A stretch of DNA of 64,000 nt from an uncultured Gammaproteobacteria bacterium. Its GTDB lineage: Bacteria; Pseudomonadota; Gammaproteobacteria; Xanthomonadales; Rhodanobacteraceae. The translations under genes were made by a program, and so were the position numbers. Below, piece after piece: positions 1 through 14,138 of the stretch; the first letter of the stretch is position 1, and every line of letters begins with the position of its first letter. Where the stretch lies: the NCBI GenBank assembly GCA_963707225.1, contig CAVPQF010000078.1, forward strand, positions 6,314 through 70,313. Direction: 5' to 3'. The notes beneath the pieces are model-generated. The model saw only the letters and a program-made list of their open reading frames with translations, was not told the DNA's origin and did not search any database.

Positions 1-1174
1 CGCCGGTGTTGCCGCGCGGTGCGCCGGGACGACCGCCGCCGTCACGGCTTTCACCGGCGAACCAGGTGCGTACCGACGGCAGTTCCTGGCCCGGCGCCAC
101 GCGCCGGCCCTTGCCACCGTGGCGGCCAGCGGCTGCGCCACGTTCGGGGCGGGCCAGGTTGCCGTTGACTTCCTTGCCGTCGCGGCGCGGCGGCTTGCGG
201 CCGCGGGTGGGTTCTTCGCGGATGCGGTCATAGGCGCGCAGTTCGCGTGCCTCGTCCTGGCCGCCGGTCCAGGCGGTGCTGCTGCCGCGTTCGGGGCGGT
301 ATTCGGTGACGCTGCGATTGGCGCGGCGCTGGTGCAGCACCGGGCTCAGCGTCAACACCGGCTGCGGCGCGCCGAGGCCGGTGGTCTGGCGCAGCTGCTT
401 GACGCTTTCCGCGTCGAGCGCTTCGCACTCGCCGCGGCGCAGGTTGCGCGGCAGCTCGATCTTGCCGTAGCGGATGCGCTTGAGGCGGCTGACCAGGAAG
501 CCCTGGGAATCCCACAACCGGCGTACTTCGCGGTTGCGGCCTTCGCGGATCACCACGCGGAACCAGCTGTGGCTGCCGCCGCGGCTGATCACTGCGATCT
601 CGTCGAAGCGGGCGGGGCCGTCTTCCAGCTCCACGCCGGCCTTGAGCCGTTCGATGATCTCGTCGGGCACTTCGCCGTGCACGCGGCACAGGTATTCGCG
701 TTCGATGCCGCTCTTCGGGTGCATCAGGCTGTTGGCCAGTTCGCCGTCGGTGGTCAGCAGCAGCAGGCCGGTAGTGTTGATGTCGAGCCGGCCCACGGCG
801 ACCCAGCGCGCGCCTTTCAGGCGCGGCAGCTGTTCGAACACGGTGGGGCGGCCTTCCGGGTCGTCGCGGGTGGTCAGTACGCCTTCGGGCTTGTGGTAGA
901 CCAGCACTTCGGTGTCGTCGCGGCTGTCGGTGGCGACGACGAACTGCTTGCCGTCCATGACCACGCGGTCGCCGGCCTTCACGCTCATGCCGATTTCGGC
1001 AGGTGCGCCATTCAGTTCGACTTCGCCGGACTGGATGCGCTGTTCGAGCATGCGGCGCGAGCCGAGGCCGGCGTTGGCCAGCACCTTGTGCAGGCGCTCT
1101 TCCAGGGCGGGGGCGTCGCTGTCGGCGCGCGGTTCGCGCTTCAGGGATAAAACGGATTTTTGCGGCGCATTCAT
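1..1174 (-). CDS. rluB: 23S rRNA pseudouridine synthase RluB (3' end runs off the window)
   Basis: Absent from the ORF track because no stop lies in the window. My minus-strand translation from the ATG at 1174 gives MNAPQKSVLSLKREP...HKVLANAGLGSRRMLEQRIQSGEVELNG (S4 domain). It continues with VAVGRLDINTTGLLLLTTDGELANSLMHP and REYLCRVHG (RsuA/RluB core) and an Arg/Gly-rich tail. ATGA start/stop overlap with scpB; scpA-scpB-rluB is the usual order. Confidence 0.85.
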   Translation of the reverse strand, partial: MNAPQKSVLSLKREPRADSDAPALEERLHKVLANAGLGSRRMLEQRIQSGEVELNGAPAEIGMSVKAGDRVVMDGKQFVVATDSRDDTEVLVYHKPEGVLTTRDDPEGRPTVFEQLPRLKGARWVAVGRLDINTTGLLLLTTDGELANSLMHPKSGIEREYLCRVHGEVPDEIIERLKAGVELEDGPARFDEIAVISRGGSHSWFRVVIREGRNREVRRLWDSQGFLVSRLKRIRYGKIELPRNLRRGECEALDAESVKQLRQTTGLGAPQPVLTLSPVLHQRRANRSVTEYRPERGSSTAWTGGQDEARELRAYDRIREEPTRGRKPPRRDGKEVNGNLARPERGAAAGRHGGKGRRVAPGQELPSVRTWFAGESRDGGGRPGAPRGNTG

Positions 1175-2034
1175 GCGCGGTACTCCTCGGGATCTTGCTC
1201 GGCGGTGTCGGGTTCGACGTCCGCGGCGGGGTTCGCTGCCTCGTCGGCAGTGGTTGTCAGGGTCTCGGCGGGCAGGCTCGGATCGGAGCCTGCGTCGCCG
1301 GATTCGGATGTGATGACCGGCGCGTCGGCGGCGGTCGTGATGTCGCTGTCGTCGGCATCCGCGGATGCCAGGTATTCGATGTCGCTGCCATCGGTTTCCG
1401 CATCGACCGGGCCGTTCTCCTCCGGTACTTCCTCATCCGGATCGATCGGCAGGTCGCGCACGATGCGGGCGGGCAGGGGATCCGGCTCGAAGCGCAGTTG
1501 CGGGTCTTCCATGTCGCGGATTTCCGACAACGGCGGCAACTGGTCCAGCGATTTCAGGTTGAAGTAGTCGAGGAATGCGCGGGTGGTGCCGAACAGCGCC
1601 GGCTTGCCGGGCACGTCGCGGTAACCGACGACGCGGATCCACTCGCGCTCCTCCATCGTCTTGATGATGTTGGAGGACACCACCACGCCGCGGATCTGCT
1701 CGATCTCGGGACGGGTGATCGGCTGGCGGTAGGCGATCAGCGCCAGCGTTTCCAGCAGCGCGCGCGAATAGCGGCTGGGCCGCTCGGTCCACATCCGGGA
1801 GATCCACGGGTGCACGTCCTGGCGCACCTGGTAGCGGAAGCCGGAAGCCACTTCCTTCAGCTCGATGCCGCGGCCGCTGCAGTCCTCGGCCAGCGCCTCC
1901 AGCGCCTTGGCGATCTGCTCGCGGTTGACGTCGTCGGCCTCGCCGAACAGCTCGCCCAGCTGCTGCACGGTCATCGGCTGGGTGGAGGCCAGCAGGGCGG
2001 CCTCGATGATGGGTTTGAGTTGCTCGATCTGCAT
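1171..2034 (-). CDS. scpB: Segregation and condensation protein B
   Basis: 287-aa ORF MQIEQLKPIIEAALLAS...ITRPEIEQIRGV, a typical ScpB winged-helix repeat with an acidic C-terminal tail. Sits directly downstream of scpA. Confidence 0.9.
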   Translation of the reverse strand: MQIEQLKPIIEAALLASTQPMTVQQLGELFGEADDVNREQIAKALEALAEDCSGRGIELKEVASGFRYQVRQDVHPWISRMWTERPSRYSRALLETLALIAYRQPITRPEIEQIRGVVVSSNIIKTMEEREWIRVVGYRDVPGKPALFGTTRAFLDYFNLKSLDQLPPLSEIRDMEDPQLRFEPDPLPARIVRDLPIDPDEEVPEENGPVDAETDGSDIEYLASADADDSDITTAADAPVITSESGDAGSDPSLPAETLTTTADEAANPAADVEPDTAEQDPEEYRA

Positions 2035-2084
2035 AACCTTGGGTTCGGATGCCGGTTTGATCGGTACCGCTCAGTGGATGTCGT

Positions 2085-3020
2085 TCATTCGCCGGACGAT
2101 TCGGTCAGTGCCGATTCGCCCGCTTGTGCGTCGTCCGCCGGTGCGTCGACGGGTTCTTCGGCGTGGCTCACCTTCGCTTTCACGTATATCGGCGCCAGCG
2201 GCTCTTCCTGGACGATCTCGACCAGCATTTCCTTGGCCAGCTCCAGCATCGCCAGGAACGTCACCACGATGCCCAGGCGGCCTTCCGTGGGATCGAACAG
2301 GCTCTCGAAGCGGTGGAAGCTGCTGTCGTCGAGCCGGCTCAGCAGTTCGCCCATGCGCTGGCGCACGCTGAGCGCCTCGCGCTTGATCGCGTGATGCCCG
2401 AACAGTTCGGCCCGGTGCATCACGTCCTTCAGTGCCAGCAGCAGCTCGGTCAGCTCCAGCGGCGGCGGCAACCTGATCACGTTGCGTTCGCCCACGTCGG
2501 CATGCACCACCACGCTGTCGCGCTCCAGCCGGGGCATGGCCTCGATGTCCTCGGCGGCGCGCTTGAAACGCTCGTACTCCTGCAGACGCCGTACCAGTTC
2601 GGCACGGGGATCCTCTTCCAGCCCTTCCTCGGCCGGCGGCCGCGGCAGCAGCAGTCGCGACTTGATCTCGGCCAGGATCGCGGCCATCAGCAGGTATTCG
2701 GCGGCCAACTCCAGCCGCATCACGTCCCGCATCAACTCGATGTAGGTCATGTACTGCCGGGTGATCTCGGCGACCGGGATATCCAGGATGTCCAGGTTCT
2801 GCCGGCGGATCAGGTACAGCAGCAGGTCCAGCGGGCCTTCGAACGCCTCCAGGATCACCTCGAGTGCGTCCGGCGGGATGTACAGATCCTGCGGCATCTG
2901 CAGCATCGGCTGGCCGCGCACGATGGCCAGCGGCATTTCCTGCTGTTGAGGTACCGACGCAAACGCGTCCTGCGGTGCGGTAACCGGGCTCGGTGGCTCG
3001 ACGGGCTCAGTGCTCATCAA
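2085..3020 (-). CDS. scpA: Segregation and condensation protein A
   Basis: 311-aa ORF containing FEGPLDLLLYLIRRQNLDILDIPVAEITRQYMTYIE, the conserved ScpA N-terminal block. Confidence 0.9.
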   Translation of the reverse strand: MMSTEPVEPPSPVTAPQDAFASVPQQQEMPLAIVRGQPMLQMPQDLYIPPDALEVILEAFEGPLDLLLYLIRRQNLDILDIPVAEITRQYMTYIELMRDVMRLELAAEYLLMAAILAEIKSRLLLPRPPAEEGLEEDPRAELVRRLQEYERFKRAAEDIEAMPRLERDSVVVHADVGERNVIRLPPPLELTELLLALKDVMHRAELFGHHAIKREALSVRQRMGELLSRLDDSSFHRFESLFDPTEGRLGIVVTFLAMLELAKEMLVEIVQEEPLAPIYVKAKVSHAEEPVDAPADDAQAGESALTESSGE

Positions 3021-3912
3021 TGCATGTCATGGGGCCGTCTTCAGCGGCTGGCAGTGCGTTCAACATGATCGGAGTCATTCACAAGCCGACACGGCATTGG
3101 GATGTCCGTACTCGGAACACGGCGGTGAGGCGGCATTCCCGGGGTACTGCGTTCTTCACACTTGTTCGGTCGAGGCGCGGCGGACGCCATCGTCACGACG
3201 GCATGACGAAGCCACTCGATGGTGGTTCGGTCAGGCAGGTCGCCAGCGACCATCGCGCGCCCGCTGCGGGTTCTCAGCCACGGCTACGACGCCAAGCCAG
3301 GGAGGGCGGGAAACGACGCCACCGGCTGTTCACTGGTCGGTTCGAGAGCGATCGAATGGACGCCAAGGGTGCCGGAAGTGCTCGGCAAACATTTTCCATG
3401 GAGCCACGCGTGGGTCAAGAGTAGCGGTTAGCCGGCATCAAGTCCAGCGCGGGTCGACTGATGCCGCCGCGGTTGGCGGCCATGACGATCCGGTGCGCCT
3501 GCCTGTTTCGGGCAGGTATTCTCGTCGGGCACAATTACGTGGATTGTGCCGGGAAAAATCGATGCGTCCGGTACGTAAAGGGCGGCATGTGACCTAATGT
3601 GTCGAAATGGGTCGGGTCGGCGCCGACGTCGCACTCGTCGACCGTGAACGGCACCATGGACGATATGCTGACGGCGCGAGCGTGCTGCGGGGTTTGGCCC
3701 GAACGCGCATCGCCATGTGGCCGGGCTGCGCTGGCAACGCCGCCCGACGAGGCAGCCGGGCGGGGTGGCACGGCGATTGCTTGGCAACGGTTGACAATCC
3801 CGACCGACGTGGCGCAACGGCGTTGTCAGCGAAGGATGCGGCAGAAAGATTTCAGGATGATGTTGAACACGGCGCTCTTGCCGGGCGCAAGCGCAGACAG
3901 GTGGTGGAACCG

Positions 3913-4281
3913 ATGGCAATCGACAAAAACGGGCAGGATGGCGGTGGACCGGAGCAGTTGCGTCCGGCGCGCATGCAGATCGAGACGACGGTGCTGATGA
4001 GCAGCAACGGCGAGTCGCATCCGACCGAACTGGTGGATATCTCGGCTACCGGCGCCCTGCTGCGCCGCCCGTTGGGCTGGTCGGGCCAGGTCGGACAGAG
4101 CTGGGTGCTCGACATGATCTTCGGGAACAACCTGCATATCCACCTCGGGGCCGTGGTGGCGCGCATCTCCGATCATCACATCGGTTTTTCGTACAGCCGC
4201 ATTCCCGAGGACAAGGAGGTGCCGCTGTGGAACCTGCTGGGCGGTTACGCCGACATCCTGGAGTACTGGAAGGACGGCTGA
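3913..4281 (+). CDS. PilZ-domain protein (small, stand-alone)
   Basis: C-terminal part of ORF 3607..4281. DISATGALL matches the PilZ D/NxSxxG motif, but the upstream arginine motif is non-canonical (RPAR rather than RxxxR). Start chosen at the ATG at 3913 (MAIDKNG); an alternative is MQIETTV further in. Confidence 0.55.
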   Translation: MAIDKNGQDGGGPEQLRPARMQIETTVLMSSNGESHPTELVDISATGALLRRPLGWSGQVGQSWVLDMIFGNNLHIHLGAVVARISDHHIGFSYSRIPEDKEVPLWNLLGGYADILEYWKDG

Positions 4282-4303
4282 GCGGCTGACCATCGCCCAC
4301 AGG

Positions 4304-4329
4304 AAAACGCCCGCATGACGCGGGCGTTT
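4304..4329. terminator. Hairpin terminator between the PilZ gene and convergent fadD
   Basis: AAACGCCCGC-atga-GCGGGCGTTT followed by CTGTTT; A-rich on the left, so it is usable in both directions. Confidence 0.6.
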
Positions 4330-4347
4330 CTGTTTGCGGGGAAGCCC

Positions 4348-6033
4348 TCAGGCGGAGGTTTTTTTCTCGTCGCGCAGTTCGCGGCGCAGGATCTTGCCCA
4401 CGTTGCTCTTCGGCAGGCTGTCGCGGAACTCGATCAGCTTGGGCCGCTTGTAGCCGGTGAGGTTCTCGCGGCAGAACTGCCTGAGCGCTTCCTCGGTGAG
4501 GTTCGGGTCCTTGCGCACCACGAACAGCTTCACCACCTCGCCGGAATGCTCGTCGGGCACGCCGACCGCAGCCACCTCGAGCACGCCGGGGTGTGCCATC
4601 ACCACGTCCTCGACCTCGTTCGGGTACACGTTGAAGCCGGACACCAGGATCATGTCCTTCTTGCGGTCGACGATGTAGAAGTAGCCGTTCGCGTCCATCT
4701 TCGCGATGTCGCCGGTGTGCAGCCAGCCGTCGGCGCCGAGCACCTTGGCGGTCTCGTCCGGGCGGTTCCAGTAGCCCTTCATCACCTGCGGGCCATGCAC
4801 CATCAGTTCGCCGACCTCGCCGGTCGGCAGCGGCGTGCCGTCCTCCGACCAGATCGCCACGTCGGTGGACGGTACCGGCAGGCCGATCGAGCCGTTGTAT
4901 TCCTTGAGGTCGAGCGGGTTGATGCACACCGCCGGCGAGGTCTCGGTCAGCCCGTAGGCCTCGGCCAGGGTGCAGCCGGTGATCTTCTTCCAGCGTTCGG
5001 CCACGGCCCGTTGCACCGCCATGCCGCCGCCCAGGGTCAGGTGCAGCTTCGAGAAATCCAGTTCGGAAAAACCGGGCGTGTTGAGCAGGCCGTTGAACAG
5101 CGTGTTGACGCCGGTCATCGCGGTGAAGCCGGACTTGCGCAGTTCCTTGACGAAGCCGGGCATGTCGCGCGGGTTGGTGATCAGCCAGTTGAGGCCGCCC
5201 AGGCGTATGAACACCAGGCCGTTCGCGGTCAGCGAGAAGATGTGGTACAGCGGCAGCGCGGTGATGATCACCTCTTCGCCGGGCTTGACCAGGTCGGTGC
5301 CGATCCAGGCGGCGGCCTGCAGCATGTTCGCCACCATGTTGCCGTGGGTCAGCATCGCCCCCTTGGCCACGCCGGTGGTGCCGCCGGTGTATTGCAGGAA
5401 GGCGATGTCGTCGTGGGTCAGCGTCACCGGCTGCAGCGGATGCGCCGCGCCGCGCGCCAGCGCGTCGCGGAAGCGCACGGCCTGCGGCAGGTCGAACGCG
5501 GGCACCATCTTCTTCACGTGCTTCAGCACGAAGTTGATCAGCGGCCCCTTGGGGAAGCCGAGCAGGTCGCCGATGCCGGTGGTGATGACATGCTGTACCT
5601 GGGCCTCGGCCACCACGTGCTGCAAGGTGCCGGCGAAGTTGTCCAGCACCACGATCGCCTTGGCGCCGGCGTCTTCGAGCTGGTGCTTGAGTTCGCGCGC
5701 GGTGTACATCGGGTTGGTGTTGACCACCACCAGGCCGGCCCGCAGCGCGCCGAACAGGGCGATCGGGTACTGCAGTACGTTCGGCATCATGATCGCGATG
5801 CGATCGCCCTTGCCGAGCTTGAGCACGCCGGTCAGGTAGCCGGCGAACTGGCGGCTCATCTCGTCGATCTGGCCGTAGCTGAGCTGGCGACCGAAACTGG
5901 CAAACGCCGGGCGGTCACGGAAGCGGGTGAACACTTCCTCAAGTACTGCCGGCACCGAAGCATATTGGTTGACGTCGATCTGTTCGGGCACACCGGCTGG
6001 ATAGTGATCCAGCCAGGGACGTTCGTTGCTCAT
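4348..6033 (-). CDS. fadD: Long-chain-fatty-acid--CoA ligase
   Basis: 561 aa. N-terminus is [22 protein letters not shown]-binding motifs [18 protein letters not shown] and [21 protein letters not shown] are present. Confidence 0.9.
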   Translation of the reverse strand: MSNERPWLDHYPAGVPEQIDVNQYASVPAVLEEVFTRFRDRPAFASFGRQLSYGQIDEMSRQFAGYLTGVLKLGKGDRIAIMMPNVLQYPIALFGALRAGLVVVNTNPMYTARELKHQLEDAGAKAIVVLDNFAGTLQHVVAEAQVQHVITTGIGDLLGFPKGPLINFVLKHVKKMVPAFDLPQAVRFRDALARGAAHPLQPVTLTHDDIAFLQYTGGTTGVAKGAMLTHGNMVANMLQAAAWIGTDLVKPGEEVIITALPLYHIFSLTANGLVFIRLGGLNWLITNPRDMPGFVKELRKSGFTAMTGVNTLFNGLLNTPGFSELDFSKLHLTLGGGMAVQRAVAERWKKITGCTLAEAYGLTETSPAVCINPLDLKEYNGSIGLPVPSTDVAIWSEDGTPLPTGEVGELMVHGPQVMKGYWNRPDETAKVLGADGWLHTGDIAKMDANGYFYIVDRKKDMILVSGFNVYPNEVEDVVMAHPGVLEVAAVGVPDEHSGEVVKLFVVRKDPNLTEEALRQFCRENLTGYKRPKLIEFRDSLPKSNVGKILRRELRDEKKTSA

Positions 6034-6177
6034 GCTTGGGTTCCCTAGTTTTTGTCGATGACGATGGATCAGATGATGGAATCGCGATGGCGTCAGCGTC
6101 CATCATGGGCCATGTGCCAGTGGATTGGAGCATACGCCCGCGTATAGCGGCAAGCCGCACTGCAGCGAGTTCCGTCG

Positions 6178-6624
6178 ATGAATGCACCGAGAAAAACCGT
6201 CTGCCTGTGGATCGCTCTCGCGCTGTTGTCGCTGGCGCTGTCGGCGTGCCGGCGCACACCGGACGAGGAGCAGGTGCGCGCAGCCATCGCGTCGGTCGCG
6301 CAAGCGGCCGAAGCGGGTTCGGCCGGTGATGTGGGCGCCTCGCTGAGCGAGGATTTCGACGGCAATGCAGGGCAGCTGGACCGGCGCGGGCTGACCGGCA
6401 TGATCCGGCTGCTGTCGCTGCGCGGCGAGCACGTCGGCGTGACCATGGGGCCGGTATCGATCGAGCCGCGTGGCGAACGGATGGTGGCGACCTTCACGGT
6501 CACGCTGACCAGCGGCGGCCGCCTGCTGCCCGACCAGTTGGGCCTGTACCAGGTCGAGTCCGCGTGGCGCAAGGAAGATGGCGAATGGCGTTGCTATACG
6601 GCCAGCTGGAAACATTCGCTGTAA
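6178..6624 (+). CDS. Hypothetical lipoprotein (NTF2/SnoaL-like size and pattern)
   Basis: 148 aa with a signal peptide and LSAC lipobox (LALLSLALSAC). No family motif recognised with certainty. Confidence 0.55.
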   Translation: MNAPRKTVCLWIALALLSLALSACRRTPDEEQVRAAIASVAQAAEAGSAGDVGASLSEDFDGNAGQLDRRGLTGMIRLLSLRGEHVGVTMGPVSIEPRGERMVATFTVTLTSGGRLLPDQLGLYQVESAWRKEDGEWRCYTASWKHSL

Positions 6625-6644
6625 CGATTCGTGGAGGCTCTCAC

Positions 6645-6675
6645 GAAAACCGCCCCGGAATCCGGGGCGGTTTTC
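6645..6675. terminator. Bidirectional rho-independent terminator
   Basis: GAAAACCGCCCCGG-aa-TCCGGGGCGGTTTTC, a perfect stem flanked by A and T runs, between the lipoprotein gene (+) and acnA (-). Confidence 0.8.
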
Positions 6676-6697
6676 GTTGCAGGAGTCACGCCGAAAT

Positions 6698-9439
<2,742 letters not shown>

Positions 9440-9691
9440 GGTGCTGCTCCTGGCTGATCCTGCGGCTGGGATGGTTGAACGATGGCGATGGGGAGGTCGC
9501 CGGCCCGGCAAAAACGCGATTATCGCCCAAACCCCGCAAGGCCGCGAACCGATCCGCCGTCGGAAGGGCGGTGTGCATGGCTTGCGGGCGTCGTCGGGTC
9601 GCGCCGGCGGGTACACTGCGCCAACGCCTGTGGCCTGCAACACCGCACAGGATGGGCCCCATGACCACCGCACGCAAACGCCTTTGATGAC

Positions 9692-10642
9692 ATGCAGCAT
9701 TCGATGATTTCGATGGGCCTGGCCGCCGTCTCGCTGCGCGATCTCGCGCTGGTGCAGGCGGTGCATCGCCACGGCAGTTTCAACAGCGCAGCGCGGGCGA
9801 TGCACATCAGCCCGTCCGGGTTGTCGCACCAGGTGCAGAAGGTCGAGCAGGCCTTGGGCGCGCCGCTGTTCGAACGCGGCGGCCGGAAGATCGTGCCGAC
9901 CGCCGGCGGCCAGCGGTTGCTGCAGCAGATCGACGCGGTACTGGCTGCGGCCGAGCACCTGCAGCAGGTCGCCCGCGCCGGCGAAGTCGCCTTCGGCGGC
10001 GAGCTGCGGCTGGGGGTGCCGGCTTCGCTGGGGCCGTACCTGTTGCCGCACCTGATCGCGCCGTTCCCGCAGCATTTCCCGGGCGCGCGGCTGGGCATTT
10101 CCGAGGGCAAGCCGCGCGGCCTGTTGCGCCGCCTGAGCGAAGGCGAACTCGACGCGGTGCTGGCACCGCCGGCAGCGGCGGTGAGCGGGATCGCCTCGCG
10201 CCCGCTGTTCTTCGAGCCATGGGAACTCATGTTGCGCGCCGACCACCCGCTGGCCGGCCAGAGCAGCATCGCGCTGGACCAGCTCGATCCCGCCGAGGCC
10301 ACGCTCATGGCCGAAAGCCACGCCGACGGCCTCGAGGGCGACGGCGGCGAGCATGGCCACGTGCAGGACGTCAGCCTGGAAAGCCTGGCCGCTTTGGTCA
10401 GCCTGCGCGGTGGCTATGCGCTGGTGCCCGCGCTGGCGCACGAGCGGCTGGCCTCGATGCCGAACATCGTGCTGGCCAAGCTGAAAGGGCAGGCGTCCGG
10501 TCGCGAGCTTGCCTTGTACTGGCGCGACGCCTCGCCCTGGCACGACGACCTGCAGGCGTTCGCCGAGCTGCTGCGCAAGCTGGCGCGGCAGCGGCCGGGG
10601 TTGCGCGTGACGGGCGCGAAAGCGAAAACTGCGTCGGCCTGA
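9692..10642 (+). CDS. LysR-family transcriptional regulator, divergent from acnA
   Basis: N-terminal [51 protein letters not shown]. Length 316 aa is typical. The start may be one of the nearby downstream Met codons. Confidence 0.85.
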   Translation: MQHSMISMGLAAVSLRDLALVQAVHRHGSFNSAARAMHISPSGLSHQVQKVEQALGAPLFERGGRKIVPTAGGQRLLQQIDAVLAAAEHLQQVARAGEVAFGGELRLGVPASLGPYLLPHLIAPFPQHFPGARLGISEGKPRGLLRRLSEGELDAVLAPPAAAVSGIASRPLFFEPWELMLRADHPLAGQSSIALDQLDPAEATLMAESHADGLEGDGGEHGHVQDVSLESLAALVSLRGGYALVPALAHERLASMPNIVLAKLKGQASGRELALYWRDASPWHDDLQAFAELLRKLARQRPGLRVTGAKAKTASA

Positions 10643-10647
10643 CAGCA

Positions 10648-10671
10648 GAAGGCCGCCCTGCGGCGGCCTTC
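10648..10671. terminator. Hairpin terminator between the LysR gene and typA
   Basis: GAAGGCCGCC-ctg-CGGCGGCCTTC followed by CGTTTC. Confidence 0.6.
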
Positions 10672-10696
10672 CGTTTCATCACCTGGGGGCGACGAC

Positions 10697-12523
10697 TCAA
10701 CCGCGCGAGGCGCGCTTGCGATCGTTCTCGGTGAGGTGCTTCTTGCGCAGGCGGATTTCCTTCGGGGTGACCTCGACCAGTTCGTCGTCGTCGATGAAGT
10801 CCAGCGCCTGTTCCAGCGTGAACTTGATCGCCGGGGTCAGCTGGATCGCATCGTCCTTGCCCGAGGCGCGCATGTTGGTCAGCGGCTTGGGCTTGATCAC
10901 GTTGACGGTGAGGTCGTTGTCCTTGGCGTGGATGCCGACCAGCTGGCCTTCATACACGTTGTCGCCCTCGGCCGCGAACAGCTTGCCGCGATCCTGCAGC
11001 GGCCCCAGCGAATACGCGGGGGTGGTGCCGCCGGCGTTGGCGATCATCACGCCATTGAGGCGCTTGGCGATCTGGCCTTCTTCCTTCGGACCGTAGTGGT
11101 CGAACACGTGGAACAGCAGGCCCGAACCCTGGGTCAGGGTCTTGAACTGGTTCTGGAAGCCGATCAGGCCACGCGCCGGGATCTCGTAATCCAGGCGCAC
11201 GCGGCCCTTGCCATCGGACTCCATGTTCTTCAGCTGGCCCTTGCGCACGCCGAGCCGTTCCATCACGGCGCCCTGGTGGACTTCCTCCACGTCGACCACC
11301 AACTGCTCGATCGGCTCCATCTTCTGGCCGTCGATCTCCTTGATGATCACTTCCGGGCGCGACACGGCCAGCTCGTAGCCTTCGCGGCGCATGTTCTCGA
11401 TCAGCACCGACAGATGCAGCTCGCCGCGGCCGGAGACCAGGAACTTGTCGGCGTCGGAGCCTTGCTCGACCTTCAGCGCCACGTTGTGCACCTGCTCGCG
11501 ATCCAGCCGCTCGCGCAGCTGGCGGCTGGTCAGGAACTTGCCGCCGGACAGGTCCTTGTTGCCGGCGAACGGCGAGTTGTTGACCTGGAAGGTCATCGAG
11601 ATCGTTGGCTCGTCCACGGTCAGCGCGGGCAGCGCTTCCGGGGTATCCAGCGCGCAGATGGTGTCCGAGATGGTGAGATCGGCGATGCCCGAGATCGCGA
11701 CGATGTCGCCGGCCTCGGCGCTGTCCTGCTCGATCCGCTCCAGGCCGAGGAAGCCCAGCACCTGCATCACCTTGCCCTGGCGCTTCTTGCCATGGCGATC
11801 GATCACGGCGACCGGCATGCCCTTCTTCAAGGTGCCGCGCTGGATGCGGCCGATGCCGATCACGCCGACGAAGCTGTTGTAGTCGAGCTGGCTGATGCGC
11901 ATCTGGAACGGACCATCCGGATCGACGTCCGGCTTGCTCACGTGCTGCATGATCGCTTCGTACAGCGGGGTCATGTCGCCTTCGCGCACGTCGTCGTTGA
12001 GGCCGGCGTAGCCGTTCAGCGCCGAGGCGTAGACGATCGGGAAGTCCATCTGCTCCGGCGTGGCGCCCAGGCGATCGAACAGGTCCCAGACCTGCTCGAC
12101 GACCCACTCCGGGCGGGCACCCGGACGGTCGACCTTGTTGATCACCACGATCGGCTTGAAGCCCATCGCGAACGCCTTCTGCGTCACGAAGCGGGTCTGC
12201 GGCATCGGGCCGTCCATCGCGTCGACCAGGATCAGCACCGAGTCGACCATCGACAGCACGCGCTCCACCTCGCCGCCGAAATCGGCGTGTCCCGGGGTGT
12301 CGACGATGTTGATGCGGTTGCCCTGCCAGGTGATGGCGGTGTTCTTCGCCAGGATGGTGATGCCGCGTTCCTTTTCCTGGTCGTTCGAGTCCATCACGCG
12401 CTCGGCCAGCACGGTGCGCTCGTTGAGCGTGCCGGACTGCTTGAGCAGACAATCGACCAGCGTGGTCTTGCCGTGATCGACGTGGGCGACGATGGCGATA
12501 TTGCGCAGTTTTTCAATGGACAT
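10697..12523 (-). CDS. typA: Translational GTPase TypA/BipA
   Basis: [24 protein letters not shown]..., [24 protein letters not shown]. Start moved to the ATG at 12523 (the track ORF starts 11 codons upstream). Confidence 0.95.
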   Translation of the reverse strand: MSIEKLRNIAIVAHVDHGKTTLVDCLLKQSGTLNERTVLAERVMDSNDQEKERGITILAKNTAITWQGNRINIVDTPGHADFGGEVERVLSMVDSVLILVDAMDGPMPQTRFVTQKAFAMGFKPIVVINKVDRPGARPEWVVEQVWDLFDRLGATPEQMDFPIVYASALNGYAGLNDDVREGDMTPLYEAIMQHVSKPDVDPDGPFQMRISQLDYNSFVGVIGIGRIQRGTLKKGMPVAVIDRHGKKRQGKVMQVLGFLGLERIEQDSAEAGDIVAISGIADLTISDTICALDTPEALPALTVDEPTISMTFQVNNSPFAGNKDLSGGKFLTSRQLRERLDREQVHNVALKVEQGSDADKFLVSGRGELHLSVLIENMRREGYELAVSRPEVIIKEIDGQKMEPIEQLVVDVEEVHQGAVMERLGVRKGQLKNMESDGKGRVRLDYEIPARGLIGFQNQFKTLTQGSGLLFHVFDHYGPKEEGQIAKRLNGVMIANAGGTTPAYSLGPLQDRGKLFAAEGDNVYEGQLVGIHAKDNDLTVNVIKPKPLTNMRASGKDDAIQLTPAIKFTLEQALDFIDDDELVEVTPKEIRLRKKHLTENDRKRASRG

Positions 12524-12688
12524 GGAAAGCACTCGGGTGGCGCTTGTAGCCACCACGTGGGTTATCAGAAGGATTAACCCGTCGATTATACGGATTTATG
12601 GCGCAACTTGCTGCACTGCCGCGTCAGCCGCTCATGCGCGCTCGGCGGGGGCAGGCGGGCACACCGTGCCCTGCGTTGTCCTGGGTTG

Positions 12689-14086
12689 CTAGACCACGCC
12701 GATGAGGTAGTAGGCGGTGATCACCACCAGCACTGCCAGCGTCTTGATCACGGTGATGGCGAAGATGTCCTTGTAGGCCTGCCGGTGGGTCAACCCGGTC
12801 ACCGCCAGCAGGGTGATCACCGCGCCGTTGTGCGGCAGCGTGTCCATGCCGCCGGAGGCCATCGCGGCGACCCGGTGCAGCACTTCCATCGGGATGCCGG
12901 CGGCGTTCGCATTGGCGATGAAGGTCTCGGCCATCGCGCCCAGGGCGATGCTCATGCCGCCGGACGCCGAGCCGGTGATGCCGGCCAGCGCGGTGACGGT
13001 GACCGCCTCGTTGAGCAGCGGGTTCGGGATCGTGTGCAGCGCATCGGCGACCAGCTTGAAGCCGGGCAGGGCGGCGATCACCGCGCCGAAACCGTATTCC
13101 GAGGCGGTATTCATCGAGGCCAGCAGCGCACCGCCGACCGCAGCCTGGCTGCCGGCGGCCAGTTGCCGGGTCACCGCCCGCCAGGCGAACAGCAGCACGC
13201 ACAGGATGCCGACCAGCAGCGCGCCCTCGACCGCCCAGATCGCGGCCACCTTGGACACTTCCTGCACCACCGGCCTGGCGTTGCCGACCACGCTGGGCAG
13301 GAACGACTGGCTCTCGCCGTAGACGCGCGGGATCAGGTCGGTGAACAGCTTGTTGCACACGCCGACCAGCACCAGCGGCAGCAGCGCGACCAGCGGATGC
13401 GCCAGCCTGCCGCCTTCGAACGGGGCCGGCTCGTTGACCAGGTTGTCGCCATAGCCCTCGCCGGTCGCGGCGGCCTTGCGCCGGCGCCAGTCGAGGTAGG
13501 TCAGGCCGACGACCAGGATGAACACCGCGCCGATCGTGCCCAGCCACGGCGCCGCCCAGGTGTTGGTGCCGAAGAACGACGTGGGGATGATGTTCTGGAT
13601 CTGCGGCGTGCCCGGCAGCGAATCCATGGTGAAGGTGAACGCGCCCAGCGCGATGGTGCCGGGGATCAGCCGCTTCGGGATGTCGGACTGGCGAAAGAGT
13701 TCGGCGGCAAACGGGTACACCGCGAACACCACCACGAACAGCGACACGCCACCGTAGGTCAGCAGCGCGCACACCAGCACGATCGACAGGATCGCCCGGC
13801 TGCGCCCGACCAGGCCGATGGTGGCCGCCACGATCGCCTTGGAGAAACCCGACAGCTCGATCAGCTTGCCGAACACCGCGCCCAGCATGAACACCGGGAA
13901 GTACAGCTTGAGGAAGCCGACCATCTTGTCCATGAACAGGCCGGTGAACATCGGCGCCACCAGCGACGGCTCGGTCAGCAGCACTGCGCCCAGCGCGGCG
14001 ATCGGCGCGAACAGGATGACGCTGTAGCCGCGATAGGCCGCGAACATCAGGAAGCACAGCGCAGCCAGCACGATCAGAAATGCCAT
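12689..14086 (-). CDS. GntP-family permease (3-hydroxybutyrate-permease-like)
   Basis: Last 465 aa of track ORF 12689..14620. Start is the ATG at 14086 (MAFLIVLAALCFLMFAAYRG) behind GGGGAGA. The protein is polytopic and carries GntP-type blocks (LLTYGGVSLFVVVFAVYP, ALAGITGSASGGMSIALG, MDTLPHNGAVITLL). Confidence 0.8.
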   Translation of the reverse strand: MAFLIVLAALCFLMFAAYRGYSVILFAPIAALGAVLLTEPSLVAPMFTGLFMDKMVGFLKLYFPVFMLGAVFGKLIELSGFSKAIVAATIGLVGRSRAILSIVLVCALLTYGGVSLFVVVFAVYPFAAELFRQSDIPKRLIPGTIALGAFTFTMDSLPGTPQIQNIIPTSFFGTNTWAAPWLGTIGAVFILVVGLTYLDWRRRKAAATGEGYGDNLVNEPAPFEGGRLAHPLVALLPLVLVGVCNKLFTDLIPRVYGESQSFLPSVVGNARPVVQEVSKVAAIWAVEGALLVGILCVLLFAWRAVTRQLAAGSQAAVGGALLASMNTASEYGFGAVIAALPGFKLVADALHTIPNPLLNEAVTVTALAGITGSASGGMSIALGAMAETFIANANAAGIPMEVLHRVAAMASGGMDTLPHNGAVITLLAVTGLTHRQAYKDIFAITVIKTLAVLVVITAYYLIGVV

Positions 14087-14138
14087 CCGTGAATCTCCCC
14101 ACCACGACGGGTGCCGAGTATCCCGGACGTCCCGTCGC

